From the IMG/VR virus record IMGVR_UViG_3300047554_000471, positions 5,592 to 69,591 of that record: a DNA stretch of 64,000 bases; one strand, 5' to 3'. The notes below the pieces were generated by a model. It was not told where the DNA came from. It did no database searches and saw only the letters and a list, made by a program, of their open reading frames with translations. How positions within the stretch are numbered: position 1 is the first letter of the stretch; every line of letters starts with the position of its first letter. The translations under genes were made by a program, and so were the position numbers. This DNA is from a virus. Shown here piece after piece: positions 30,395-40,600 of the stretch.

Positions 30395-31044
30395 TGGCAA
30401 AGCTTGGATTAATTGTTGAACAGATCCTCAGAGAGGAAGAGGATAAAAAAGTGATAGCAGCAATGGATGCTGCAATGAAAGATTCATTCACAGCATTGGG
30501 GAATGAGTTTAAAAGCAACCAAGGTGAGATTGAACAAGAGGTTGAGTCTTCTCAGGAAGAGTTGAATGAATCTCTTGGAGCATTCGCAATTATTGGATTT
30601 ATCTTGGCACTACCTAAAGTAGTTGAACTTTTTGTTAAGGGTATTGGTAAGTTGGTAGCTGTATGGAAGAAGCTAGTTAAGCCAGGACAGGCAAAGGGTC
30701 AAGAGGAGGAGTTTGCTCACAACATTATTGAGTTCACACACAAGTGGCACAAAGCGTATGTCAAAGGTTTGAAGTTTATTCTCAAGCTTAGCGGTATTTT
30801 CAAGAAAGCTGGTATCGAAGGAGATGCTGCACAAGATAAAGCAGCAGAGATGTTGTATTACACTATTATTGCAGGACTTGCAGTCTACTCAGGAATTGGA
30901 GCGATTGGAGCCTTCAAAGGAGCAATGACTGGAGCAGCTCATGGTGGTAGCTTCTCAATTGCAGCATTTGAAGCCGCAATGGCATCTATCAAAACCTCAG
31001 AGGTTTCGGCATTCCTAGGTAAGCTTGGTCTAAAAAGCGCTTAA
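30394..31044 (+). CDS. Probable internal head protein with hydrophobic helices
   Basis: ILREEE leader; ELNE followed by hydrophobic segments. Confidence 0.5.
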   Translation: MAKLGLIVEQILREEEDKKVIAAMDAAMKDSFTALGNEFKSNQGEIEQEVESSQEELNESLGAFAIIGFILALPKVVELFVKGIGKLVAVWKKLVKPGQAKGQEEEFAHNIIEFTHKWHKAYVKGLKFILKLSGIFKKAGIEGDAAQDKAAEMLYYTIIAGLAVYSGIGAIGAFKGAMTGAAHGGSFSIAAFEAAMASIKTSEVSAFLGKLGLKSA

Positions 31045-31064
31045 TATATAAAAATTTTTTTAAA

Positions 31065-31096
31065 GAACCCACCCCAAAAGGTGGGTTTTGCTTTTT
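31065..31096 (+). terminator. Rho-independent terminator
   Basis: AACCCACC/GGTGGGTT stem followed by TTGCTTTTT. Confidence 0.75.
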
Positions 31097-31211
31097 GCGT
31101 GACTATTTATGGTCATAATACGCTATCCCTATTATAGCGTCCTAGTAATTGTATCTAATTGTAGCTCTCTAATAGCTATAGGACGTTAAGTCAAAACCAC
31201 ATTAATTAAAA

Positions 31212-32234
31212 ATGAACAAGCTTTTAAAAGATGCTATCGCTGACGCTAAGGCCGTACGCGAAACTGCACTTGCAAACGCTAAAGCAGCTCTTGAAGAAGC
31301 ATTTGCTCCTAAACTTCAATCGATGCTATCTCACAAAATCAAAGAAGAGATGGAAGACGAAGAAGAAGTAGAAGCACCTGCAGATCAAGAAACTACTGAG
31401 ATTGCAAGAATGCGAAAAATGGCTGGAATCGTTTCAGAAGAAGGTGAAGAAATGGAGGATGAAATGCCTGCTGAAGAACCTGCTGAAGAAATGCCTACAG
31501 AGGAAGAAGAAATGCCTGCTGAGGATGAAATGCCTACAGAGGAAGAAGAAATGCCTGCTGACGATTCAGAAGAAATCTCTGATGAAGACTTAGAGGAAAT
31601 CTTACGCGAACTTGAAGGAGAAGAAGAAGGTTCGGACGAAGAAGAATCACTTGAGGAAGGTGAGGACGAAGAGTACGAAGAAGCTCCTAAAACTGAAGCT
31701 AAGAAAAAGAAAAAGATGATGGAAGAAGAGGGAGACGAAGAAGAAGCTGAGCCTAAGACCGAAGGTGCTGAAGGTGAAGACGACGAAGAAGTTGACCTAG
31801 AAGAAATCATCCGTGCATTGCGCGAAGAAGATGAAGAAGCTGGTGAAGAAGAAGCTGAGAAAGTTGAAGAAATCAAAACTGAACTCAACGAAGCTTACGG
31901 TGTAATCAAATTCTTACGCAGCAAGTTGAACGAAGTAAACTTACTTAACGCTAAATTGTTATTCGTTAACAAATTATTCCGTAAAGGTGAGTTGACTGAG
32001 TCACAAAAAGTTAAAATCATTGAAACATTCGACCGTGCTAAGAACGTACGCGAAGCTAAATTGATCTACGCTACATTAGCTGAATCAGTTGGTAAAGCAA
32101 AAGCTACTTCAGCTGCACCTAAGAAAAGAATGACTGAAGGTCTTGCATCTGCTCCACAGAAAAAGACTAACATCATCACTGAAAGCAATGATGTCGTAAA
32201 CCGTTTCAAATCATTGGTTAACTACAACAAATAA
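31212..32234 (+). CDS. Prohead core scaffold protein (gp22-like)
   Basis: Very acidic centre, coiled coils, directly upstream of the capsid gene, many L-x-E sites. Confidence 0.85.
   Translation: MNKLLKDAIADAKAVRETALANAKAALEEAFAPKLQSMLSHKIKEEMEDEEEVEAPADQETTEIARMRKMAGIVSEEGEEMEDEMPAEEPAEEMPTEEEEMPAEDEMPTEEEEMPADDSEEISDEDLEEILRELEGEEEGSDEEESLEEGEDEEYEEAPKTEAKKKKKMMEEEGDEEEAEPKTEGAEGEDDEEVDLEEIIRALREEDEEAGEEEAEKVEEIKTELNEAYGVIKFLRSKLNEVNLLNAKLLFVNKLFRKGELTESQKVKIIETFDRAKNVREAKLIYATLAESVGKAKATSAAPKKRMTEGLASAPQKKTNIITESNDVVNRFKSLVNYNK
31488..31561 (+). repeat. 39-bp-period tandem duplication in scaffold gene (EMPTEEEEMPA x2)
   Basis: GAAATGCCTACAGAGGAAGAAGAAATGCCTGCTGA at 31488 and 31527. Confidence 0.8.
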
Positions 32235-32254
32235 CCCCCTTAACAAATAAAAAA

Positions 32255-33865
32255 ATGAACTTATTCGAAAACCTAGGAAATGTCAACCGCGCCGAAGAGG
32301 TTAAGCCGTTGATTTCTAAATGGTCAAAAACTGGCCTTTTGGAAGGTTTGAAAGGGAACAACGAAAAATCAACCGTTGCTGTCCTTTTGGAAAACCAAGC
32401 AAAACAATTAATTAAAGAAGGATCTGTATCAACAGCTGGTCAAGGTACAAGCGGATACGAGCAATACCACGGTGTAGCTCTTCCATTAGTACGTCGTATC
32501 TTTGCTGAGATCGCAGCTAAAGAATTCGTTAGCGTACAGCCAATGAATTTACCTTCTGGTCTAGTATTCTACTTAGACTTCAAATATGGTAACAACAAAG
32601 CTCCTTTTGGATACGATCCAACTGGTCAAAACCAAACTGGTACACTTCAAGGTGTTACTAATGGTACTGGTGCTCCTAAAGATGGTCTTTATGGTGCAGG
32701 TCGTTTTGGGTACTCTCAAAATGGTGTAGTATCTGCTAACCCTGGTGCAGCTTATGTAACTACTGGTTCAGCAACTGCTGCTTCTGTTAACTACGATGGT
32801 GACTTCACTGCTTCACTTTCTAGCTACCGTACTGTAACTTTCACTGGATTCTTCGCTACTGAATCTAAAGCTGACCAATACGCAGTTCGTTCATTCCAAC
32901 CATTCTCTGGTTCAACTGCATTTGTTGCTGGTACAACTTTCTTCCCTGCGTTTACTAAGAAATCAGGTAACGACTTGATCTTCGTAGTAGCAAACTCAGG
33001 TCTTACAACTGGTTCTTGGGGAACAGCAGCTGTTAGCTACTCTATCCAACCTACTAATGACGCACGTAGCGACTTCGAAACTGCTAACGGCCGTACATTA
33101 GACACTAACCTTAACATCCCTGAAATCGAATTGCAAATGCGTTCAATTCCAGTGACTGCTAAGACTCGTAAGTTGAAAGCAAGCTGGACTCCAGAATTTG
33201 CGCAAGACCTTAACGCATACCACTCTGTAGATGCTGAAGCTGAATTAACAGCTATGTTATCTGAGTACGTTTCTATGGAAATTGACTTAGAGATCCTAGA
33301 TATGTTGATTTCTGCTGCTGACACTACTGAGTACTGGTCTGCTCGCACAAACGAAATTTGGAACGGTTCTGCATTCGTTTCTGATACCAACGTAAGCGGT
33401 AACGCATATGTACAAGGTACTTGGTTCTCTACTTTAGGAACTAAATTGCAAAAAGTTTCTAACCAAATTCACGCAAAAACATTACGTGGTGGTGCAAACT
33501 TCCTAGTATGTTCTCCAAACGTGTCTACTATTCTTGAGTCTATCCCTGGATACGCTGCAGATGGTGATGGTGAGAAAATGAAGTATGCAATGGGTGTTCA
33601 AAAAGTAGGTGCTTTAACTAGCCGCTACCAAGTTTACAAAAACCCTTACATGCAAGAGAACACTGTATTGATGGGCTTCAGAGGTAACCAATTCTTGGAA
33701 ACTGGTGCTGTATATGCTCCTTACGTTCCATTGATGCTTACTCCTCTAGTGTACGATCCTAACAACTTCATCCCACGTCGTGGTGTGATGACTCGCTACG
33801 CGAAAGTTGTTACTCGTCCTGAGTTCTATGGTAAAGTGTATGTTGGTGCAATCAACAACATCTAA
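32255..33865 (+). CDS. Major capsid protein (T4 gp23-like)
   Basis: LLENQ, VSVQPMNLPSGLVF, AKTRKLKASWTPEFAQDL, EIDLEI, YAPYVPL, GVMTRY. Confidence 0.97.
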   Translation: MNLFENLGNVNRAEEVKPLISKWSKTGLLEGLKGNNEKSTVAVLLENQAKQLIKEGSVSTAGQGTSGYEQYHGVALPLVRRIFAEIAAKEFVSVQPMNLPSGLVFYLDFKYGNNKAPFGYDPTGQNQTGTLQGVTNGTGAPKDGLYGAGRFGYSQNGVVSANPGAAYVTTGSATAASVNYDGDFTASLSSYRTVTFTGFFATESKADQYAVRSFQPFSGSTAFVAGTTFFPAFTKKSGNDLIFVVANSGLTTGSWGTAAVSYSIQPTNDARSDFETANGRTLDTNLNIPEIELQMRSIPVTAKTRKLKASWTPEFAQDLNAYHSVDAEAELTAMLSEYVSMEIDLEILDMLISAADTTEYWSARTNEIWNGSAFVSDTNVSGNAYVQGTWFSTLGTKLQKVSNQIHAKTLRGGANFLVCSPNVSTILESIPGYAADGDGEKMKYAMGVQKVGALTSRYQVYKNPYMQENTVLMGFRGNQFLETGAVYAPYVPLMLTPLVYDPNNFIPRRGVMTRYAKVVTRPEFYGKVYVGAINNI

Positions 33866-33882
33866 TCTAATCACGAATAGAT

Positions 33883-33914
33883 AAAAAGAGCCCCTCCAAA
33901 AGAGGGGCTTTTTT
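33883..33914 (+). terminator. Rho-independent terminator after the capsid gene
   Basis: AGCCCCTC/GAGGGGCT stem flanked by A and T tracts. Confidence 0.9.
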
Positions 33915-33969
33915 ATTGCCTGAAACTATTTATAGGAGACAAAGTTATTCACTAGTTATACCATATGAA

Positions 33970-34662
33970 ATGGAACAACCACAACCGGCTAAAAAGTTAA
34001 GCAACTTGGAAAAAAGAAAGCCGAAAAACCCCGTAAAATTTAAGATAGATTTAAACGAAGAGCAGAAAGCTGCCAAGTCTATAATCTTTGAAAATCCAAT
34101 CACCCTTCTGAAAGGGATGGCAGGTAGTGGTAAAACACTAGTAGCATGTCAGACTGCTTTAGATATGTTCTTTAAGCGAGAGATTGAGAAAATAGTAATA
34201 ACAAGACCTACAGTAGCAAAGGAAGATATTGGATTCCTACCAGGTGATCTAAAAGAGAAAATGGATCCGTGGTTAGCACCAATATACGCCAACTTGTATA
34301 TGCTCTACAATAAGGAGGGTATTGATAAGATGGTTCAAGAAGGTCATATCGAGATTGTTCCTTTTGCATTCATGAGAGGTCGCACTTTTCCAAACACGTT
34401 TGTATTAGTAGATGAGTGTCAGAATATAACACACGGTCAGACAGAAATGATGCTTGGTCGCTTAGGTCGTGGTGGTAAGATGGTATTCTGTGGAGACTTA
34501 GCTCAGATTGATTTAAAACAAAAGAAGGATTCTGGTATTGGTTTTTTTGTTCGATTAGAGGAGAATATTAAGGGTGTTAGAATCGTATCTTTGAAGACTA
34601 ATCATAGACATGAGATAGTCGAAGAGGTACTAAAAATCTACTCAGATTATCGAGACATCTAA
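33970..34662 (+). CDS. phoH: PhoH-like ATPase
   Basis: GMAGSGKT, ITRP, IGFLPGDLKEKMDPW, FMRGRTF, DECQN, GDLAQID, RHEIV. Start set at ATG 33970 because TATTTATA lies at 33927. Confidence 0.93.
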   Translation: MEQPQPAKKLSNLEKRKPKNPVKFKIDLNEEQKAAKSIIFENPITLLKGMAGSGKTLVACQTALDMFFKREIEKIVITRPTVAKEDIGFLPGDLKEKMDPWLAPIYANLYMLYNKEGIDKMVQEGHIEIVPFAFMRGRTFPNTFVLVDECQNITHGQTEMMLGRLGRGGKMVFCGDLAQIDLKQKKDSGIGFFVRLEENIKGVRIVSLKTNHRHEIVEEVLKIYSDYRDI

Positions 34663-34682
34663 TCATCCAGGATTTAAAATAT

Positions 34683-34715
34683 AAAAGCTGGCCCAATACG
34701 GTCAGCTTTTCTTTT
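34683..34715 (+). terminator. Rho-independent terminator
   Basis: AAAAGCTGGCC/GGTCAGCTTTT stem followed by CTTTT. Confidence 0.85.
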
Positions 34716-34754
34716 AATTACAAATCACAACTATTTATTACAAAGTAGCTATAC

Positions 34755-35933
34755 ATGAACATTCCAATTTGGCCAGGATCTAGCTCGTTTGCAACACTGT
34801 CCGCTTCCTTTTACAACACCCCATCCACAGGATCTAGACCAACATCGTTTGGGTACTACGACAATGATAGTGTATTTAAAGTTGAAGCTGATAAAGTTGC
34901 AGACTGGTGTGCACGCAGATTAGGCTATCCGATAATGGAAGTCGAGTTGCAAGACATAAACCTATTTGCTGCATTTGAAGAAGCAGTGACCGAGTTTAGC
35001 ACACAAGTTAATATGTTCAATGCAAAGGATTATATGTTAACTTTGCAAGGGACTTCAACATCAAATGAACTATCTCAAAGAACAGTATCTCCAAACATGG
35101 GACGTACTATTGAGTTGGCTAAGAATTATGGTAATGAAACGGGTACTGGTGGTAATGTGGATTGGAAAAAGGGATATGTAGACCTCGTTCCAGGATCGCA
35201 AAGCTACAATCTAGATGCATTATGGGCTAATGTTAGTGAGTCAGGAAACTCAATTGAAATCAAGCGAGTGTATCACGACTTTACTCCAGCAATTGTTAGA
35301 TACTTTGACCCTTATGTAGGAACTGGAGCAGGTTCACAACAGCTACTTGATAGCTTTGGTTGGGGATCTTATTCACCAGCGGTTTCGTTTATGGTAATGC
35401 CTTTGTATGCTGATTTGCTTAGAATGCAAGCTATCGAGTTGAACGATACAATCCGTAAATCAAACTACACATTTGAATTACGAAACAACAAATTAAACAT
35501 ATACCCAATTCCAACAGATAACTATAAACTTTGGTTTGAGTATGTTGTAACAAACGATAGAAATAACCCACTACAAACACCAACGGGTTCTGTAAGTGAC
35601 TTGAGTAACGTACCTTATGGTCGAATCGAGTTCAATAAAATTAAAGATGTTGGAGTGCAGTGGATATACAAATACACTCTAGCAACCGCTAAAGAGATGT
35701 TAGGTTTAATTCGTGGAAAGTACACGACAGTTCCAATTCCAGGAGCTGAAACAACTCTGAATGGAACCGACTTGATTGCTCAGGGTCGTGAAGATAAGAC
35801 CACATTACTAACAGATCTAAAAGAGTTGCTACAGAGTATGACTAGACAAGGTCAGACAGAGCAAGAAGCAGCAATAGCAACAGCTATGCAAACACAATTA
35901 TCAAAGGTACCACTCTTTATATACGTTAAGTAA
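34755..35933 (+). CDS. Neck/head-tail adaptor protein (gp13-like)
   Basis: RRLGYPIMEVEL, WIYKYTLATAKEMLGLIRGKY, LNGTDL; position after the capsid gene. Confidence 0.8.
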   Translation: MNIPIWPGSSSFATLSASFYNTPSTGSRPTSFGYYDNDSVFKVEADKVADWCARRLGYPIMEVELQDINLFAAFEEAVTEFSTQVNMFNAKDYMLTLQGTSTSNELSQRTVSPNMGRTIELAKNYGNETGTGGNVDWKKGYVDLVPGSQSYNLDALWANVSESGNSIEIKRVYHDFTPAIVRYFDPYVGTGAGSQQLLDSFGWGSYSPAVSFMVMPLYADLLRMQAIELNDTIRKSNYTFELRNNKLNIYPIPTDNYKLWFEYVVTNDRNNPLQTPTGSVSDLSNVPYGRIEFNKIKDVGVQWIYKYTLATAKEMLGLIRGKYTTVPIPGAETTLNGTDLIAQGREDKTTLLTDLKELLQSMTRQGQTEQEAAIATAMQTQLSKVPLFIYVK

Positions 35934-36442
35934 TGGCATTATTTGGAAGTAGTCGAGATATAAGCTTTATTAAAAAGGTCAATGGTGAGTTGCTAGATAA
36001 CGTAATTCAGCAAGAGGTAGATTATTACAAATACTTTTTGCCAGAAACAAAGGCTAAGGACACCAGTACAAACCTTTATGGAGAAGCTTCTGGTCAAAAG
36101 ACATATTATCCTGCAGTTAGGGTGACGTGTTTAATGGAAGCTCAGGATCAGATGTATGTAGCCGATGATCAATTTGGAGTAGATGTTACACAAGCAATCA
36201 CTTTCAGGTTTTTTAAACCTAAGCTGAGAGATATAGGACTTGTTCCAGTGGGTGGTGATATTATCGAGATTCATGGTAACTACTATGAGATTGATCAAAT
36301 TATTGAAAACCAATACGTAGTTGGAAAGGATAATGATTATGGAAAGAGTGTTGGGTCTAATTTTGGAGAGAGTCTTAGTATGTTATGCGTAACGCATATG
36401 ACAAGAGTTTCTAGACTGCAGCTTGTAAAGACTAGAGTATAA
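35933..36442 (+). CDS. Neck/head closure protein (gp14-like)
   Basis: NLYGEA and PVGGDIIE...YYEI; synteny. Confidence 0.7.
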   Translation: MALFGSSRDISFIKKVNGELLDNVIQQEVDYYKYFLPETKAKDTSTNLYGEASGQKTYYPAVRVTCLMEAQDQMYVADDQFGVDVTQAITFRFFKPKLRDIGLVPVGGDIIEIHGNYYEIDQIIENQYVVGKDNDYGKSVGSNFGESLSMLCVTHMTRVSRLQLVKTRV

Positions 36443-37644
36443 TGTATACGAGAAAGCAACTACCTAAATCACAGTATGAGCTAAGCAAGGGTTCAGAAAA
36501 CAGTGAGTTCAAACGTCATAACGATATTAGACGTGACGACGATACGCTGAAGGGGCTTTCTATTGGTCTATTTGATATAGATTACACTATACAGTATTAT
36601 TTTGAAAATGTGATCAGACCTGAGATTATTGAGAACGGCACTAAAGTTAAAGTTCCAGTGATCTATGGTTCACCAGAAAAATGGAAAAATTTTCAAGCAG
36701 ATGGTTACTTTCGTGATAAACAGGGAAGAATACAATCACCACTTATAGCATACAAAAGAACGGCGATCACAAAAAATCGTATGTTAGCTAATAAGGTAGA
36801 TGCAAACTATCCACAACTCTACCAAACACAAGAGGTGAAGTATACGCAAACTAATAAGTACGATCAGTTTAGTATCTTGACAAATAGTAAACCAATCAAG
36901 ACGTATATAAACACCGTCGTACCTGATTATGTTGATATCACCTATGATGTAGTTGTTTGGACAGATTATATTGAAGGGATGAACTCGATTGTAGAATCGA
37001 TCATATATTCAGAGGGTACTTACTGGGGAGATATGGAGCGCTTTAAGTTTAGAACAAAAATCGATAGCTTTACAAATACAACAGACGCTCTACAAGAAAC
37101 AGACCGAATTGTCAGAACAACCTTTCAAATAACGTTATTTGGACATATTGTTCCTGATGTACTGGCTAAGGAGTTGAGTAGTAAGCAATCGGAAAAAGCA
37201 TTTGATACTCGCCAATTCACAATAGAAACAACACCAGATGCAGATCCGGCAATCTATCAAGAAACCGAGACATCAACTATTAGTGGTGGAGCTGGTGCTC
37301 TATCATTTACAGAGCCAACAGTGAGAACAGCAATCAATCCATTATCATTGACAGACGCTACCACAGTAGCTTACCTAGCGGCAAACAAGGCGTTAGTAGG
37401 AAGCTCAGTAGTTGTACCGGATACGGTATACTTTACAGCAGCATTTTTAGGAGCCCCTTCAGGGTTACCTGCTACTGGAGTTAACAACTTCCAGTTTTTA
37501 ATAAATGGTATCTACGTAGAACCAGCAGCAATAGTAAGCTTCACAGAGTCATCGGGAGTTTGCACTTTGGTTGTAGATACGGCACAATTAGGATTTACAT
37601 TAGCACCAACTGATGAGGTTGTTGCAGTAGGAAAATTTGTATAA
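36442..37644 (+). CDS. Tail terminator/sheath stabiliser (gp15-like) with C-terminal extension
   Basis: KVPVIYGSPEKW, PDYVDITYDVVVWT; about 130 extra aa at the C-terminus. Confidence 0.7.
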   Translation: MYTRKQLPKSQYELSKGSENSEFKRHNDIRRDDDTLKGLSIGLFDIDYTIQYYFENVIRPEIIENGTKVKVPVIYGSPEKWKNFQADGYFRDKQGRIQSPLIAYKRTAITKNRMLANKVDANYPQLYQTQEVKYTQTNKYDQFSILTNSKPIKTYINTVVPDYVDITYDVVVWTDYIEGMNSIVESIIYSEGTYWGDMERFKFRTKIDSFTNTTDALQETDRIVRTTFQITLFGHIVPDVLAKELSSKQSEKAFDTRQFTIETTPDADPAIYQETETSTISGGAGALSFTEPTVRTAINPLSLTDATTVAYLAANKALVGSSVVVPDTVYFTAAFLGAPSGLPATGVNNFQFLINGIYVEPAAIVSFTESSGVCTLVVDTAQLGFTLAPTDEVVAVGKFV

Positions 37645-40600
37645 TGGCTTTAATAAGAGGACAGCAAATATCGGGAAGTGTTTCGTCAGCAAGCTTTGCT
37701 ACGACGGCTTCGTACGTTGATCCAATCTTTATATCAGCCTCAATGGTTGATCTTGGGTTTGCTGGTCAAGACGTTGCTCTATCACAATCAACAAACCCAC
37801 TAACATCGTTTGATGGTAATAGGATCGTATCTAACACTAACTTACCTTCAGGTGTTTACAACGTGAATTACGGCACTAGCGGATCATTGAGCAACTTTAT
37901 TGAAAAGGTGTTTTTTCCAAATAGTGTTCCTAATATAACAACCACAGGATTCACTATTCAGGAGTATGAGGTTAGCGGTTCTGTTGTTGGTACTGTATCA
38001 GCAGTAGATGCTGAGGGTCAGGCAATAACTTTTAGAACTGCTAGTGCATACACTGCAGGTTTTTTCAAAATATCTACTGGAGGAGAAATCACACTAAACA
38101 CAAAATCAACTTCATCGATGAATACGGATATTACTCCAGGATCTGGATCACATCCGTTTTTAATAGAAGCTGTGGATACGTTTAGTGGAGTGGGTTCTCA
38201 GACAGTGTACATTAGAGTTAATCCAAATACAGCACCATCATGGAGACAAACGTCTATTGGTGGAGCTATCATTACAAGCTACACTGCATCACTAAACGAA
38301 AATTCAACTAGTGGTGAGAAGTTTAGAGTTTATTTTACAGATGCTGAATCAGACACGATGACGGTGAACACAGGAAGTATGCCAACTGGCTTTTCTGCAT
38401 CATTAGCAGCTACCTATGTAGCTGTCCATCAAACAACTGCATCACTAGATTACGAAACTACAAGCTCGTATAACATATCATTCACAGTTCAAGATCAACA
38501 CTACACTAGCGGAGATAGTACAACATCGATTACAACATTGCCGATTGTGGTTCAAGTTGTAGATAACATAGCTCCGGTAGTAAATAATCAAACACTAAGC
38601 TCAATTAACGAAAATTCATCAGATGGAACTACTGTAGGTGTTATATCAGCAACAGACACAGAGAGTGATACAATAACATTTTCAGATTTCACTTTAGTGT
38701 CAGCATACCTTAATTCTGTTGGTACTAATATCACATCATCGTTAGGTGGTACATCTTTATATGATCCACACGCAAATCCATTCCAATGTAACTCAAGTGG
38801 AACAGTGACTCGTAAGACGGGGGTGTATTTAAACTCAGATGTAGCAGATAGATATGTTTATCAAGTGTCAGTAAGAGATTCCTATAACAATACTACAGAT
38901 ACTGGATTAGTAACTATTCCAATTGACGCAGATGCTGCTAGCGCGGTAACAAATAACTGGACAAATGCGTATGTGATTGAGTCAGCAGTTGCGGGTGCAT
39001 CTATATATACAAACTCAACCGGAAGAACTGGAACTATAGCTCAGTGGTCATCTGCAGCATCACAGAGATGGAGTGTAACTTCAGACGGCGATTTAGTGGA
39101 GGTAACTTCATTAACCGGTTCTGCAACAAACCTAAGATTAAAAAATAATGTTAGTGGATCTGCTTGGTCTTACAATGGTGATAATACAATCGGTGTATAC
39201 CTGACAGCTTCTGAACATGGTTTTGAAACCACTAAGCAGTATGTAAACCTAACAGTAAACGTTGCTATAAACAACGCTCCAGATATTGTGTTTACAAACA
39301 ACTCTACAAAACAAAATACAAATTTAGCCACATCAGGTAGCACAATGGTTACTCTATCATTCTCAGATACGGAGGGTGATGCTATAAACACTAGCTCATT
39401 TAGCCTTACAGATCCTAGTGGTCAACTAAACGCAGTTTATAGTGGTGGTGTGTATTACCTTCAAGCAAGAAATAGTCTGAGCGGTTCGACTACATATGGG
39501 TACACCGCTAGTATTAAGGATGTTCATGGATTCAGAACAAACACCGAAAGTAGTTCATTCAGCATTGCTCAAGCTAGTATTGGAACTTTAACTACAAACG
39601 GTACATTCTATGTTATTGAGACGGCACGAAGTGGTGCATTAGTGTATACTAACTCAAATGGTAGAAGTGGTACTCAAGGAGACTTGGGTGTAACATACTC
39701 ACCAGATTATGGATCTCAGGTGGTTCAATCTTTCACATCGTCAAATGCGCTTGTAAATGTAACAACTGCAGGAGCGTTAAGTATTGCTCAAAACGTGAGT
39801 GGATCATACACAAGCGGTCAGACAATAACTTCAAACATAACATTCCGAGATCAGTATAATAATATTGGTAGCGGTAGTTTGACTATATATGTTGCACAAA
39901 ACTACGCACCAACTGCAACCTTTACAGATGTAGCAGCCAACCTAACAGCATCAATAAGTGCTAATACTGGATTGGTAAGTATGTCAATATCGGATACAGA
40001 ATCTGATGCACCATACTCTGCTTCATTGAGTGGTGGTACAGCTGGTAGTTTGAAACTTATTCCACAAAACGCAAACTCCTCATCATATGTTTTACAAAAC
40101 ACATCGACATTTGTTACAGCAAGTACTGTAGCTTATACAGCTAGTGTGTATGATGTGCATGGAAAGACTACAACATACACCAGAACATTAACAATAGCTC
40201 AACCAGTCGGAAAGACTTATGTGTATGGTTGGACTGGAGGATCAGGAACAAATGAAACCAACACTCTAGCTAGCATGGGTGATACTGGTGGTGTTATTAC
40301 TAGTGGCTCATTAATTGCTATGTTCCAAAGTGGATCAATTGGCTCCTCATCATTTACTCCAGGTTATGTTGGAGGAACAGCTACACTATTTAAAACAGCA
40401 TCTCTATCAGTATTATCTGACTCAAACAGCTCAGGAGTATCAACCTTAGGTTATATTAACTTTAGCGCAACGGCAAATAGATTGCTAATCATATTCCCAT
40501 CAGCATCGAATCTAGGTAGTAAACCGGTAAGCATGTATGATGGTGTTCCACCTGACGTTACAGGAACACCAGGTGAATACTATTTATATGCAAAGGATTC

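Noticed and set aside
31385-31888. Minus-strand Ser-rich 167-aa ORF
   Set aside because: Antisense shadow of GAA-rich acidic scaffold codons.
33916-33969. TTG-started N-terminal extension of PhoH
   Set aside because: Begins immediately after the terminator tail and contains the TATTTATA motif; ATG 33970 is more plausible.
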